Source: a bacterium
Lineage (GTDB): Bacteria; Zhuqueibacterota; Zhuqueibacteria; Residuimicrobiales; Krinioviventaceae
Length of the DNA stretch: 64,000 bases
Direction of reading: 5' to 3'
NCBI GenBank assembly: GCA_963674595.2
Contig: CAXXFV010000009.1
Location: forward strand, 32,001 to 96,000
In this document: positions 11,151 to 20,966 of the stretch, piece after piece
Layout of the letters: the number at the start of each line of letters is the position of its first letter
How positions within the stretch are numbered: position 1 is the first letter of the stretch
The notes under the pieces: generated by a model
The model's input: the letters and a program-made list of their open reading frames with translations, nothing else
The model's database searches: none
What the model was told of the DNA's origin: nothing
Made by a program: the position numbers and the translations under genes

Positions 11151-11198
11151 ATATTATAATGTTATATGAGAATTGTGATAAATGAAAAGGATACAGCC

Positions 11199-13136
11199 AT
11201 GTTAAAAAGAGCAGCATTTGTGTTTTTCTTTACTGTATACAACCTTTTCGCGCTTTTAAATGTTGTTACAGCCAAAGAAAGATATATTTACTGGATCGAT
11301 AGAGTTGACGACAAAATATATTGCGGAGATGCTGACGGCGGTCATTATGAAAAAGTACTTTCTTCCCGTTATGTAAGGTTGTTAACTGCAGCCCAGGGAT
11401 ATATTTATTATTATGAAGAGGATGCTATCCGGCGTGAGAATATGGAGACAAGAACGGTTGAAACCCTGATTTCCGAAACGGGCCGGGTTAGCAGTATGGT
11501 TATTGACACGCTTAACAGCACAATTTATTGGAGCGTATCAGACAGCGGCAAGATTTGGCAGGCTGATATAACCGGTTCAAACCAGCAAGAGTTTCTTTGT
11601 GGTTTGGTTCTGCCCAATAATCTGGCCCTGGATCTGGTCTATGAAAATCTCTATTGGATGAATGATACCCGTGATACCGTTTATTGTGCTGGTCTGGATG
11701 GTGAAAAAATAAGATCGGTTATAGAACACAATGAAAAGATAAGTGATTATGTTGTAGATGGAAAAGCACATCGAATTTATTTTACTGATGATAATGGTCG
11801 CGTACTCAAGAGTGTGAACCTGGACGGCAACGAAGAAGAGATTGTTTATACCTTTGAAATTGAGAGTTTTCATAGAGATCTTCAACTTGATTCCAGGAAC
11901 AAAAAGCTTTATCTGACACATCATTCCCAGATATTGAGAATCAATACCGATGGAACTGAATTAAAGGAACTGGTTAATAATTATGATTTAGGTAGTCAAT
12001 ATCTAAGTCTTGACCTGTCAAGGGGGGAAATGTACTGGTATACTCCTCTATGGACTTATACGATTTATCGTTCCCGTTTGGATGGGCGAAATATTGAACC
12101 AGTGATTGTTAATTATAAAAATTTGACTTGCCTTGCTCTTGATCTTGAGGGAGAAAAGATGTATTGGTCAGGTAATTTTTATAATATTTATCGTTCTAAT
12201 ATTGACGGTTCTGAAGTAGAGTTCCTTATATATGATTTTATTGCAAATGCTGAGTTATTGGATATTGACCTGGATATGGTAAACCAAAAGCTATATTTTG
12301 CAAGTGCAGCAGAAGGTCAAGCTCTTGGCCGAGCAAATCTTGACGGCACTGATGTAGAATTTCCCTATAATGTTTTTTGGCATTGGACATTCGGTATCAC
12401 CGTTGATCCATCTCAGGAAAAGGTCTACTGGAGTCAACTTGGGTCAACAAGGACCACTTCAATTTGTTGTGCTGATTTGAACGGTCAAAACATTGAAATG
12501 CCCGTTGATAGTCTTGAATTTCCTGACGATATTGCTCTCAACCTGAGAGATAATAAAATCTTTTGGACCGAACATTTAAAAGTTGGTCGAATCTGTTGCG
12601 CTAGTTTAGATGGCAGTGATATTCATGATGTTGTTACCGGTCTTAAATGGCCCTGTGGTCTTGCCCTGGATGTTGAAGGTGATAAAATATACTGGATTGA
12701 AAGAGAACCCGGTAAAATAAAACGGGCGAATCTGGACGGAACAGATATTGAAGAACTGTATAGCGGTTTTACCTGGCCCTATCGCCTGGCCTTGTCCTTT
12801 GAAAACAACGGTTCGACCGGTGTTGAGAAAAAAGACGATGGACCCAATTTAATTCCGCAGGAATTTGAACTGGCTCAAAATTATCCCAATCCATTTAATC
12901 CGGAAACGACAATAGAATATAACTTGCCAAAATCATCACACATTGTTTTAACTGTTTATGATATCCTCGGACATGAGATTATTACACTGGTCGATGAAAA
13001 GCAGCAGGCAGGATTACATCAGCAAAACTGGAATGCTTGTGATTGTTTCGGCAACCAGGTCTCTTCAGGTATTTATGTATATAAAATCAAAACCGATGAT
13101 GCTGTTTGTTCTAAAAAGATGCTTTATATAAAGTAG
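11199..13136 (+). CDS. Secreted YWTD beta-propeller protein B, paralogue of A
   Basis: Same repeats as gene A. Start moved to the ATG at 11199, which follows an AAGGA RBS and gives a clean signal peptide (track start 11166). Confidence 0.85.
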   Translation: MLKRAAFVFFFTVYNLFALLNVVTAKERYIYWIDRVDDKIYCGDADGGHYEKVLSSRYVRLLTAAQGYIYYYEEDAIRRENMETRTVETLISETGRVSSMVIDTLNSTIYWSVSDSGKIWQADITGSNQQEFLCGLVLPNNLALDLVYENLYWMNDTRDTVYCAGLDGEKIRSVIEHNEKISDYVVDGKAHRIYFTDDNGRVLKSVNLDGNEEEIVYTFEIESFHRDLQLDSRNKKLYLTHHSQILRINTDGTELKELVNNYDLGSQYLSLDLSRGEMYWYTPLWTYTIYRSRLDGRNIEPVIVNYKNLTCLALDLEGEKMYWSGNFYNIYRSNIDGSEVEFLIYDFIANAELLDIDLDMVNQKLYFASAAEGQALGRANLDGTDVEFPYNVFWHWTFGITVDPSQEKVYWSQLGSTRTTSICCADLNGQNIEMPVDSLEFPDDIALNLRDNKIFWTEHLKVGRICCASLDGSDIHDVVTGLKWPCGLALDVEGDKIYWIEREPGKIKRANLDGTDIEELYSGFTWPYRLALSFENNGSTGVEKKDDGPNLIPQEFELAQNYPNPFNPETTIEYNLPKSSHIVLTVYDILGHEIITLVDEKQQAGLHQQNWNACDCFGNQVSSGIYVYKIKTDDAVCSKKMLYIK

Positions 13137-13199
13137 AGGTACTCGTTAACTTTTGTAAAAAATAGATTAACAATACTGGAATTGAGTTTATAAACAAAT

Positions 13200-15314
13200 A
13201 TGAAGACGGAAATTAAAAATAGTTTTCTTTTTATATTGCTTACAGCCTTAAATCTGACTGCGCAAGAACCGCTTGTTGGCCGTTGGACGTTTGAGGATAC
13301 GGATAATCTTGTCAAAGCAACAGTCGGTAACGATCTGGTATTAGTTGGCAGTCACTCATCTGTCAGTGGTCCGGATGCTGAAAATCGTGCTATAAATATC
13401 GGCATAGGTAGTTATTATATCTGTCAACACAATATTCCGCCAAACGGCAATGGTGAAAAGGTCAATGAATTTACAATCGTAATGGATGTCAAGTTTAATC
13501 AGACAAGTGTCTGGTACACATTATATCAAACAGATGTTTTAAATCAAACGGACGGCGAGTGGTTTGTTGATCGTTCCGGTAAAATGGGTGTTCATGCAAC
13601 AGGCTATTCCAGTCCGGTTATCACAGCGAACAAGTGGTATCGGTTGGCCATCGCTGTTAAAAATGGTGAACGATATGACTATTATGTTAACGGCAATCCG
13701 GTGCTCAGGGGACAGCCCGGTGTTATTGATGACCGGTTTTCTCTGGAACCCACTGTTTTGTTATTTGCGGATGACAATCAGGAAGATAATTCTGTCGATG
13801 TCTCTGAAATACGGATATACTCGCAGGCACTGTTTGACGATGAAATTGATGAACTGGGAGGTTTTGATCAATCCGGGACTACTGATGAGTCTGATCCATT
13901 TTTAACGGTTGATTATCTCTCAGAGCATGAGCTTAGGTTGGTTCTTGATAATGAAATTCATGATAATTATGGATTTGTCTATCCAGTAACTTATAAAATA
14001 GATATTCATGCAAACAGTTCAGATTTAATCACCTATATACGATATTCAACGTCAGAGTCATGGCAGCAGGTTGAGGAAAAACAATCAAGTGACTTTTTTA
14101 ATGGTATAGAAGCGGTACGGTTTGATTATTCTGCGGGTTTGGCTTTTGTCTCCGCAGCGTTTAGTAGCGCGTCCGATTCTTTGTTTATAAAAATTTCAGA
14201 TGGTATTCAAGAAATTCCAATATCTTTTTTAGACATCTGCAAGTATTATGATGACCGTAAGGCTGTTGTAACCGCTTCTGCTGATGATTGGGCAGACAGT
14301 GGAGACCAAACCTGGTATCAGTCTGATGAAGCATTTCAAATAACATGCAGACAATTTAGAAAACACAAATTGTGGCTGACCTGTGGAATTATTACCCAAT
14401 ATTGCGGCAGTGAAACATGGCAGCATATTCAAACCCAGCTTGATTCCGGCTATGTTGAAGCCTGTTCTCATTCCCGGACACATTCCTATGGTCCCTATGA
14501 AGATCCGGAGGGCGAAATAGCCGGCAGTAAACAGGATATTTTTGATAATTTGGATTTACCATTGTTATTCAAAAAGCATGATTTAGAGTACGTGTACACA
14601 TGGCTCGCACCGGCGCATTATTATGATGAAATTGTAAACACACTTGTCGGCGCTGAAAAATACCTGGTGAACCGGCTTTACAATTGGCCCTATGATATAT
14701 TTTCTGACTGGAATCCGGCTGCGGGATATTATTTCCCAATTGGCATGTCCCGTGAAGTTTCACCTATTTGGGAAGGCACAACCGATCTTGATGATTTAAA
14801 CTCGTATTTTGATATAGTTGTGGATAAAGGCGGAATATACCATGTTATGACGCACCCGTATTTTTTACTTGAGAATGGTTTCAATGCCGCACAATATGCC
14901 TGGGATCATCTCGACTATATTAGTCAGAAAAATGATATTTGGTATGTTTGTCTGGGTCATTTGTATTTATACCATTATCTAAAGGAAAATGTTGCAGTTG
15001 CAACCTCAGTTACTAAATCTGAAGATAAGATAACACCTGAGTTGATGCTTTTACAAAATTATCCCAATCCTTTTAACTCACAGACCGTGATAAAATATGC
15101 CTTACCAAAAGCTTGTCATGTTAGCCTTAAAATTTACAATATGCTGGGAAAAGAGGTACGGGTATTAGTAAATGATCCTCAAGCAGATGGAAATAAATCT
15201 GTTGTCTGGGACGGCAAGGACAACAGCGGTGAAATGGTAACGAGTGGTGCTTATATTTACAAGATCGAGGCTGGAAAATTTAACCAGTCAAATATTATGA
15301 TGTTTATAAAGTAA
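13200..15314 (+). CDS. Secreted LamG-like + polysaccharide deacetylase-like protein with sorting domain
   Basis: GRWTFE...EFTIVMDV...WYRLAI...IRIYSQAL (LamG-like). TASADD and ACSHSRTH are NodB/CE4-like motifs. NYPNPFN C-terminus. Confidence 0.75.
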   Translation: MKTEIKNSFLFILLTALNLTAQEPLVGRWTFEDTDNLVKATVGNDLVLVGSHSSVSGPDAENRAINIGIGSYYICQHNIPPNGNGEKVNEFTIVMDVKFNQTSVWYTLYQTDVLNQTDGEWFVDRSGKMGVHATGYSSPVITANKWYRLAIAVKNGERYDYYVNGNPVLRGQPGVIDDRFSLEPTVLLFADDNQEDNSVDVSEIRIYSQALFDDEIDELGGFDQSGTTDESDPFLTVDYLSEHELRLVLDNEIHDNYGFVYPVTYKIDIHANSSDLITYIRYSTSESWQQVEEKQSSDFFNGIEAVRFDYSAGLAFVSAAFSSASDSLFIKISDGIQEIPISFLDICKYYDDRKAVVTASADDWADSGDQTWYQSDEAFQITCRQFRKHKLWLTCGIITQYCGSETWQHIQTQLDSGYVEACSHSRTHSYGPYEDPEGEIAGSKQDIFDNLDLPLLFKKHDLEYVYTWLAPAHYYDEIVNTLVGAEKYLVNRLYNWPYDIFSDWNPAAGYYFPIGMSREVSPIWEGTTDLDDLNSYFDIVVDKGGIYHVMTHPYFLLENGFNAAQYAWDHLDYISQKNDIWYVCLGHLYLYHYLKENVAVATSVTKSEDKITPELMLLQNYPNPFNSQTVIKYALPKACHVSLKIYNMLGKEVRVLVNDPQADGNKSVVWDGKDNSGEMVTSGAYIYKIEAGKFNQSNIMMFIK

Positions 15315-15321
15315 GAGAGTT

Positions 15322-17808
15322 ATGTTTATGAATTTCAAATTTTTAAAAATGTATAAAATATTAGGATTTTCATTTCCTCATTTTTTACTATTCTTTATGT
15401 TATTTTTTGGTTTTTCCAGTGCTCAAATTTTGGCATTACCTGTCGATGAACAAAACATATTGGATAAATCCAAATCCGGAAATCAATTAAACGGGAATGA
15501 CAATAAAGTTCAGGTTTTAACGAACAACCAAGCGCTTTCGGTTAAAGTGCTCACCTTGAACATTTGGGTGAATGGAAAAATTTGTACCCCTCAACAAGTT
15601 GCTGATTTGATTTTGTCCCTGGATGTGGATTTTGTGGGCCTTCAGGAATGTAATAGCACCTTTGGTAATCAGGTCGCCTCATTAACCAATATGTATTTGG
15701 CTTCATACTCTGACTGTTTTTTATTTTCAAGAACGCCATATACGAAAATAAATCAAATGTTTGTTAAGGGTATTAACGCATGGACAAATTTAAACGGTCA
15801 AACCGTATCAGTATATAATTTTCACATACGCTGGGATGAGGAAGGCGACCGCAATGCACGAACGATGGTGAATACGTTTGCTCTTGATCCAACCTCGATC
15901 CAAATTGCAATTGGTGATTTTAATGATGAACATTATAGCACCCAAATAACCATCATCGAAGAGCACATGCGTTATTGCCTGATGGATTTAGGCTGGGCAC
16001 CCAGTCAGCGGGTTACATGGCCGGCCTTTGGTTTTTATGGCGGTGAAGGCGCTCAAACTATCGATTTGATTTTTTGTAATAAAAAAAGTAAAGGCCGCGT
16101 TGTTGATGGTGAGATTATGAATTTATCTCCTGTAATATCAGATCATAAACCGGTGTGGGCAGAAATTGATTTTCCGGCTGATCCGAATCTGATAGGCCCT
16201 GAAATTTCTAAAATCGTACCCTGTTTTGATAATTCAACGATTGAAATCTGGTTTGATCAGGATTTGGACCAAGAATCTGCCCAACAAATTTCAAATTATC
16301 AAATTGTCCCGGTTGATAATGGTGCATCCGTTTCTGTTAATGATGCCGTTATTCTCAAAGATCCCAGACGGGTCCGGTTATTAACATCTCCTCATGATTT
16401 TGATAAAAAATATAAATTGGTTTTATCCGGTATAACGGATGAATTTGGGATTGCGATAAATCCCGGCTCCGAGATGGAATATATCATCCGGGAAAATCTT
16501 GTAAAAAATTCAGGTGCTGAGCTTGGTACGGAGAATTGGGATACATCCGGTGGGATAGAAATTGTTTCCGATCGTGAAAATCAATATCCATACCTTGGTG
16601 ATTACTTTTTTACCGGTGCAAATTTACAGGATTTATCAACTGCATCTCAAAGCATTGATTTAGTAAATTGGGAACAGGAAATTGATGCCGGTTTGCTTGC
16701 TGCTGAATGGAATTGCTACTTTGCAACAGGATATGAATTATTGGGAGATATTCAGGCAAGCCGTTGTGAACCCTATGACGAAGGTGAATTTTACATCGAA
16801 TTTGTTGATCAGGATGATCATGTTTTGATGCAGGCCACCAGTAAGCGTTGGGATACATTGTACTGGCATCCCTATGGAGAGACAACCAATATTCCACCCG
16901 GAACCAGAAAAGCGATATTATATTTAAAATCATATCGAAAAACAGCAAATGGTTTGTCAAATGATGCCGCATTTGACCAGGTGTTCTTTTCTCTAAAGCA
17001 TTTACAGGGACCTCATGGCTTTGAAAGTAATTTACTTGTTAACCCATCCGCAGAGACTGCCGATACCCAGGGTTGGAATATCAACGGTTCAATAAAAGCC
17101 CGTGCGCATGAGGAAGATAAAGGCCGTCCTGTTTCCGGTTATTATATGTTTGCAAATGATGGTATTTCAACAGCCCGGGCTTTTCAGAGATTAGACTTTA
17201 GCAGCTATTCAGATCAGATTGATGCACAGTCAATGGCTGTTCGATGGGGCGGATACATGAGAGATTACCGTGGCGATAGTGGTGGTGAAATTAGTATCGA
17301 ATTTCTTGATCAGAATAAAGAAAGAATTGATTATGCGACTACCGGAGATCAGAGAATTGCCGAATGGTCCTTTTACGATAATACCACTATAATTCCTGTC
17401 GGGACCCGATCAATAGATTTTATTCTTAGTCTTGATGCTGTTGCAGATGAGGGAGTTTATTTTGATCTGCTTCACATAATTCCGGTTTCAATTGCAACTA
17501 CAGGTATTTCTGACAAGATTGTAACGAATGTTGACTATAACCTTTATCAAAATTATCCCAATCCGTTTAATTCTCAAACAGTGATAAAATATGCACTGGC
17601 AAAAGACAGCTTTGTTGAACTTATAATATATAATATCCTTGGTAAACAAGTGCGAACGCTTGTAAATAATCGTCAGTCAGGCGGTTATAAATCTGTTGTA
17701 TGGGATGGTAAAGACAGTCAGGGCAGGCTATTGCCAAGCGGTGTGTATTTTTATACATTATCAACAACAGATTTTACACAAACACATAAACTATTGATGA
17801 TAAAATAA
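15322..17808 (+). CDS. Secreted endonuclease/exonuclease/phosphatase (EEP) protein with Ig-like and two galactose-binding-like modules and a sorting domain
   Basis: LTLNIW, VGLQE, GDFN, IDLIF and SDHKPV motifs. Two NLxxNxxAE modules. NYPNPFN C-terminus. Confidence 0.8.
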   Translation: MFMNFKFLKMYKILGFSFPHFLLFFMLFFGFSSAQILALPVDEQNILDKSKSGNQLNGNDNKVQVLTNNQALSVKVLTLNIWVNGKICTPQQVADLILSLDVDFVGLQECNSTFGNQVASLTNMYLASYSDCFLFSRTPYTKINQMFVKGINAWTNLNGQTVSVYNFHIRWDEEGDRNARTMVNTFALDPTSIQIAIGDFNDEHYSTQITIIEEHMRYCLMDLGWAPSQRVTWPAFGFYGGEGAQTIDLIFCNKKSKGRVVDGEIMNLSPVISDHKPVWAEIDFPADPNLIGPEISKIVPCFDNSTIEIWFDQDLDQESAQQISNYQIVPVDNGASVSVNDAVILKDPRRVRLLTSPHDFDKKYKLVLSGITDEFGIAINPGSEMEYIIRENLVKNSGAELGTENWDTSGGIEIVSDRENQYPYLGDYFFTGANLQDLSTASQSIDLVNWEQEIDAGLLAAEWNCYFATGYELLGDIQASRCEPYDEGEFYIEFVDQDDHVLMQATSKRWDTLYWHPYGETTNIPPGTRKAILYLKSYRKTANGLSNDAAFDQVFFSLKHLQGPHGFESNLLVNPSAETADTQGWNINGSIKARAHEEDKGRPVSGYYMFANDGISTARAFQRLDFSSYSDQIDAQSMAVRWGGYMRDYRGDSGGEISIEFLDQNKERIDYATTGDQRIAEWSFYDNTTIIPVGTRSIDFILSLDAVADEGVYFDLLHIIPVSIATTGISDKIVTNVDYNLYQNYPNPFNSQTVIKYALAKDSFVELIIYNILGKQVRTLVNNRQSGGYKSVVWDGKDSQGRLLPSGVYFYTLSTTDFTQTHKLLMIK

Positions 17809-17845
17809 ATTGATATATTACTAAAATAAATATTCAGGCTGTAAT

Positions 17846-20029
17846 ATGATTATTGTAAAAAGAAAAGTGGTTTATAAATTTATCGTACTTTTAATTTTGG
17901 CGAGTGCTTTAACTGTCTTCTGCCAGGATGATCCGGAGAATTTAAATGTGCTGGATGACTGGCTGGAATGGAGCAACGGTCCTAATTTGCTGGAACTCCA
18001 TCTATATAATCAGGCGTGTAATTATCTTGATACAAGAGATAGTGAGATCGCCGGATTGGAAACCAAATCGGACTGGATAAAACGTCAACAGCACGTTAAA
18101 AAGTTATTAAATGAAATCGTCGGCCCGTTCCCTGAAAAGACACCTTTGAATCCGCAAATTACCGGCATCGTGCAGAAGGATGGCTATCATTATGAAAAGA
18201 TTATTTTTGAATCTATGCCCGGCTACTATGTAACGGGCTGCTTGTTCGTTCCTGATGGCATCCGTGAAAAAAGACCGGCCATACTTTATGTAATAGGCCA
18301 TTCCCTTCCCGCGTTTCGCAGACCATACTATCAAATATTGCTGCTTAAACTGGTGAAACAGGGCTTTGTTGTTTTTACCTTTGATCCCATGGGGCAGGGT
18401 GAACGTATACAATATACTGATGAGGAGAAAAAAGGGGTTGGTGTTAAGGTTACAAGTTCAACCCATGAACACTCTTATGCCAATAATCAATGTTTTCTGT
18501 CCGGCAAGTGTGCGGCCAGATATTACACCTGGGACGGCATTCGTGCGCTCGATTATCTCATGTCCCGCAGTGAAGTGGATACAAGTAAAGTCGGCGTCAC
18601 CGGTCTATCCGGCGGAGGGACCCAAACTGCTTATATTTCAGCATTTGATGAACGTGTCAAAGCCTCGGCATCGGCCGGATATATAACCAGTATGCGTAAA
18701 CTATTGGGAACGATTGGTCCCCAGGATGGTGAGCAGATATTTATCGGAGGCGTTGCCAGGGGATTGGACCATGGCGATCTGGTTGAAGTGTGTGCCCCCA
18801 AACCATACCTGATCGTTGCCACGACCCGGGATTTCTTTAATATTGTCGGTACCAGAGAGACCTATGCTGAAGCTAAAAAGGCCTATTGCGCTTTCGGTAA
18901 CCCGGAAAATCTGGGTATGGTGGAAGACGATTTTAAACATGGCTATACGGCAAAGAACAGAAATGCCATCTGTCATTTTTTTGGTGATGTATTTGATATG
19001 CCGGCAAATGTTGATGATTTTGAACCTGAAACAATGGAAATAGATGAATTGCTTGTTACACCGACCGGACAGTTGGCAACTTTTCTCAACGGCGAAACAA
19101 TGTCCAGTGTTAACAAAGGTGAAACAGCGGAGTTGATAACCAGACTGGAGCAGAACCGTAAAAACGGCCAGGCCCATCTGCAAAATGTGAAAGTAAAAGC
19201 AAAAGAACTTTCCGGATTTGAAACACCCTGTGAATTTAAAGATGTCATGTTTAAAGGCCGGTATCATCGGGATGGGTATAATGTTGAGCTTTATGCGGTT
19301 CGCGGTGAAGGCGAGTATGTGGTTCCGATTTTATTAATGGTTCCGGCTGACGGTGAAAAACACCCGGCAATGATATATCTGAATCCGGATGGCAAAATAC
19401 AAGATGCTGCACCCGGAGGTGAGATCGAAAAATGGGTGAAGCAAGGGTTTATTGTTGCCGCAACAGATGTTATCGGAATTGGTGAAACCAGGGGTGCATA
19501 CAAATATCCCGGAAGACCAGGTTATGGTGCCGTTTTGCTCAACCGCAATATCGTTGGCATTCAGGCAGGTGATATTATCCGTGTTGTCGAGTTGTTAAAA
19601 ACCCGTCAGGACGTTGATGCAAACCAGATCGGAGCAGTTGCTTTTGATGAATTATGCCCGGCGTTGCTGCATGCATCTGTGTTTGAACCAACTATCAGTC
19701 AAACGGTTTTGATCAATGCACCGGTTTCTTACAAAGAGATTGTCAATCACATGCTTTATAAATACAGTATAACTTTTATTTGGGGCGTTGCCGGTGCCTT
19801 GACAGAATACGATTTGCCTGATCTCGCGGCATGTATCGCTCCAAGAAAGCTATTGATGGTTGATCCAGTGGATTGTATGAAAAATACAGCTTCAAAGCAG
19901 CTCATTGATCAGGAGTTTGGTTTTCCCCGTAAGGTTTATTCGGAAAAAAAAGCAGCAAAGAATTTTAAAGTCTGTGATTGGTCTACGGATAAAAATATTG
20001 ATGAAATAATTGATTTATTAGCAAAATGA
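17846..20029 (+). CDS. Acetylxylan esterase-like alpha/beta hydrolase with tandem domains
   Basis: DPMGQGER, RALDYL, GLSGGG nucleophile elbow, DFF and HGY. The second domain is degenerate (YDLPDL..APR). Confidence 0.8.
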   Translation: MIIVKRKVVYKFIVLLILASALTVFCQDDPENLNVLDDWLEWSNGPNLLELHLYNQACNYLDTRDSEIAGLETKSDWIKRQQHVKKLLNEIVGPFPEKTPLNPQITGIVQKDGYHYEKIIFESMPGYYVTGCLFVPDGIREKRPAILYVIGHSLPAFRRPYYQILLLKLVKQGFVVFTFDPMGQGERIQYTDEEKKGVGVKVTSSTHEHSYANNQCFLSGKCAARYYTWDGIRALDYLMSRSEVDTSKVGVTGLSGGGTQTAYISAFDERVKASASAGYITSMRKLLGTIGPQDGEQIFIGGVARGLDHGDLVEVCAPKPYLIVATTRDFFNIVGTRETYAEAKKAYCAFGNPENLGMVEDDFKHGYTAKNRNAICHFFGDVFDMPANVDDFEPETMEIDELLVTPTGQLATFLNGETMSSVNKGETAELITRLEQNRKNGQAHLQNVKVKAKELSGFETPCEFKDVMFKGRYHRDGYNVELYAVRGEGEYVVPILLMVPADGEKHPAMIYLNPDGKIQDAAPGGEIEKWVKQGFIVAATDVIGIGETRGAYKYPGRPGYGAVLLNRNIVGIQAGDIIRVVELLKTRQDVDANQIGAVAFDELCPALLHASVFEPTISQTVLINAPVSYKEIVNHMLYKYSITFIWGVAGALTEYDLPDLAACIAPRKLLMVDPVDCMKNTASKQLIDQEFGFPRKVYSEKKAAKNFKVCDWSTDKNIDEIIDLLAK

Positions 20030-20062
20030 TTTTTAGAGTTTAATATTTTAAGGACTTTATTC

Positions 20063-20926
20063 GTGAAATATTTCATGTTCATAGTTTTGATATTATTTGG
20101 AAACAGCGCTATTTGCAGTGAATTGACTGATTCTCTTACAATAGCCGGCCTTTCTTTCATCCCGGAAAAATGGGACAAACCGGCAAATGTGAAAAAGATT
20201 GAATCGATGACACGACAAGCCGTTGATCGTGGGGCCAAACTGGTGGTGATGCCGGAAGGCGCTTTGGAAGGTTATGTTGTTAACGATGTCATTAACGAAA
20301 AAGATGCCGTTAAAAAAGCAGCTCTTGAAAAACAGTTTGCAGCATTAGCAGAACCGATTGATGGCGAAAATATATCAAAGCTTTATAACCTGGCTGATGA
20401 ATTGGATATTTATTTTGTTATCTGTTTTTTAGAAGCAAAAGGAACGGATATTTACAATAGTGCGGTATTTGTAGGTCCCGATGGCAAGCAGATCGGTTGT
20501 TATCATAAAACACATTTTTGGCAGGGATATGAGGTAAACCCGCCGGGCTACACAACAGGCGATTCATTTCCCGTATTTTCATTGAGAAATATGAACCTCG
20601 GTATTATGATTTGTGCGGACCGCCGTTTCCCGGAAGTAGCCAGAAGTTTAATGCTCAACGGCGCCGATTTAATTGTTAATCCTGCCTATGGAAATCACGG
20701 TGAATTGAATACCGCCCTTATGCGTACGCGTGCGTTTGAAAATCAGACCTTTATTGTATTTTCACATCCCATGCATAGTTTGATAATTGATAATGATGGT
20801 AATATTTTAAATGAATGCGGTACCGATTCTCTTGTTCTTGCAAACATTCCCTGGCGAAAAGTAGAGAAAAAACGTCCGACTGTTCGGTTTCGCCGTCCGG
20901 AATTGTACAAGGTTTTAACGCAATAA
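20063..20926 (+). CDS. Secreted carbon-nitrogen hydrolase (nitrilase superfamily)
   Basis: E-K-C triad in MPEG, YHKTH and ICADRRFPE. RTRAFEN motif. Signal peptide. Confidence 0.9.
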   Translation: MKYFMFIVLILFGNSAICSELTDSLTIAGLSFIPEKWDKPANVKKIESMTRQAVDRGAKLVVMPEGALEGYVVNDVINEKDAVKKAALEKQFAALAEPIDGENISKLYNLADELDIYFVICFLEAKGTDIYNSAVFVGPDGKQIGCYHKTHFWQGYEVNPPGYTTGDSFPVFSLRNMNLGIMICADRRFPEVARSLMLNGADLIVNPAYGNHGELNTALMRTRAFENQTFIVFSHPMHSLIIDNDGNILNECGTDSLVLANIPWRKVEKKRPTVRFRRPELYKVLTQ

Positions 20927-20966
20927 GTAACTTTTTTTTATTAAAGTATTAAAACGAGAAAGTATT

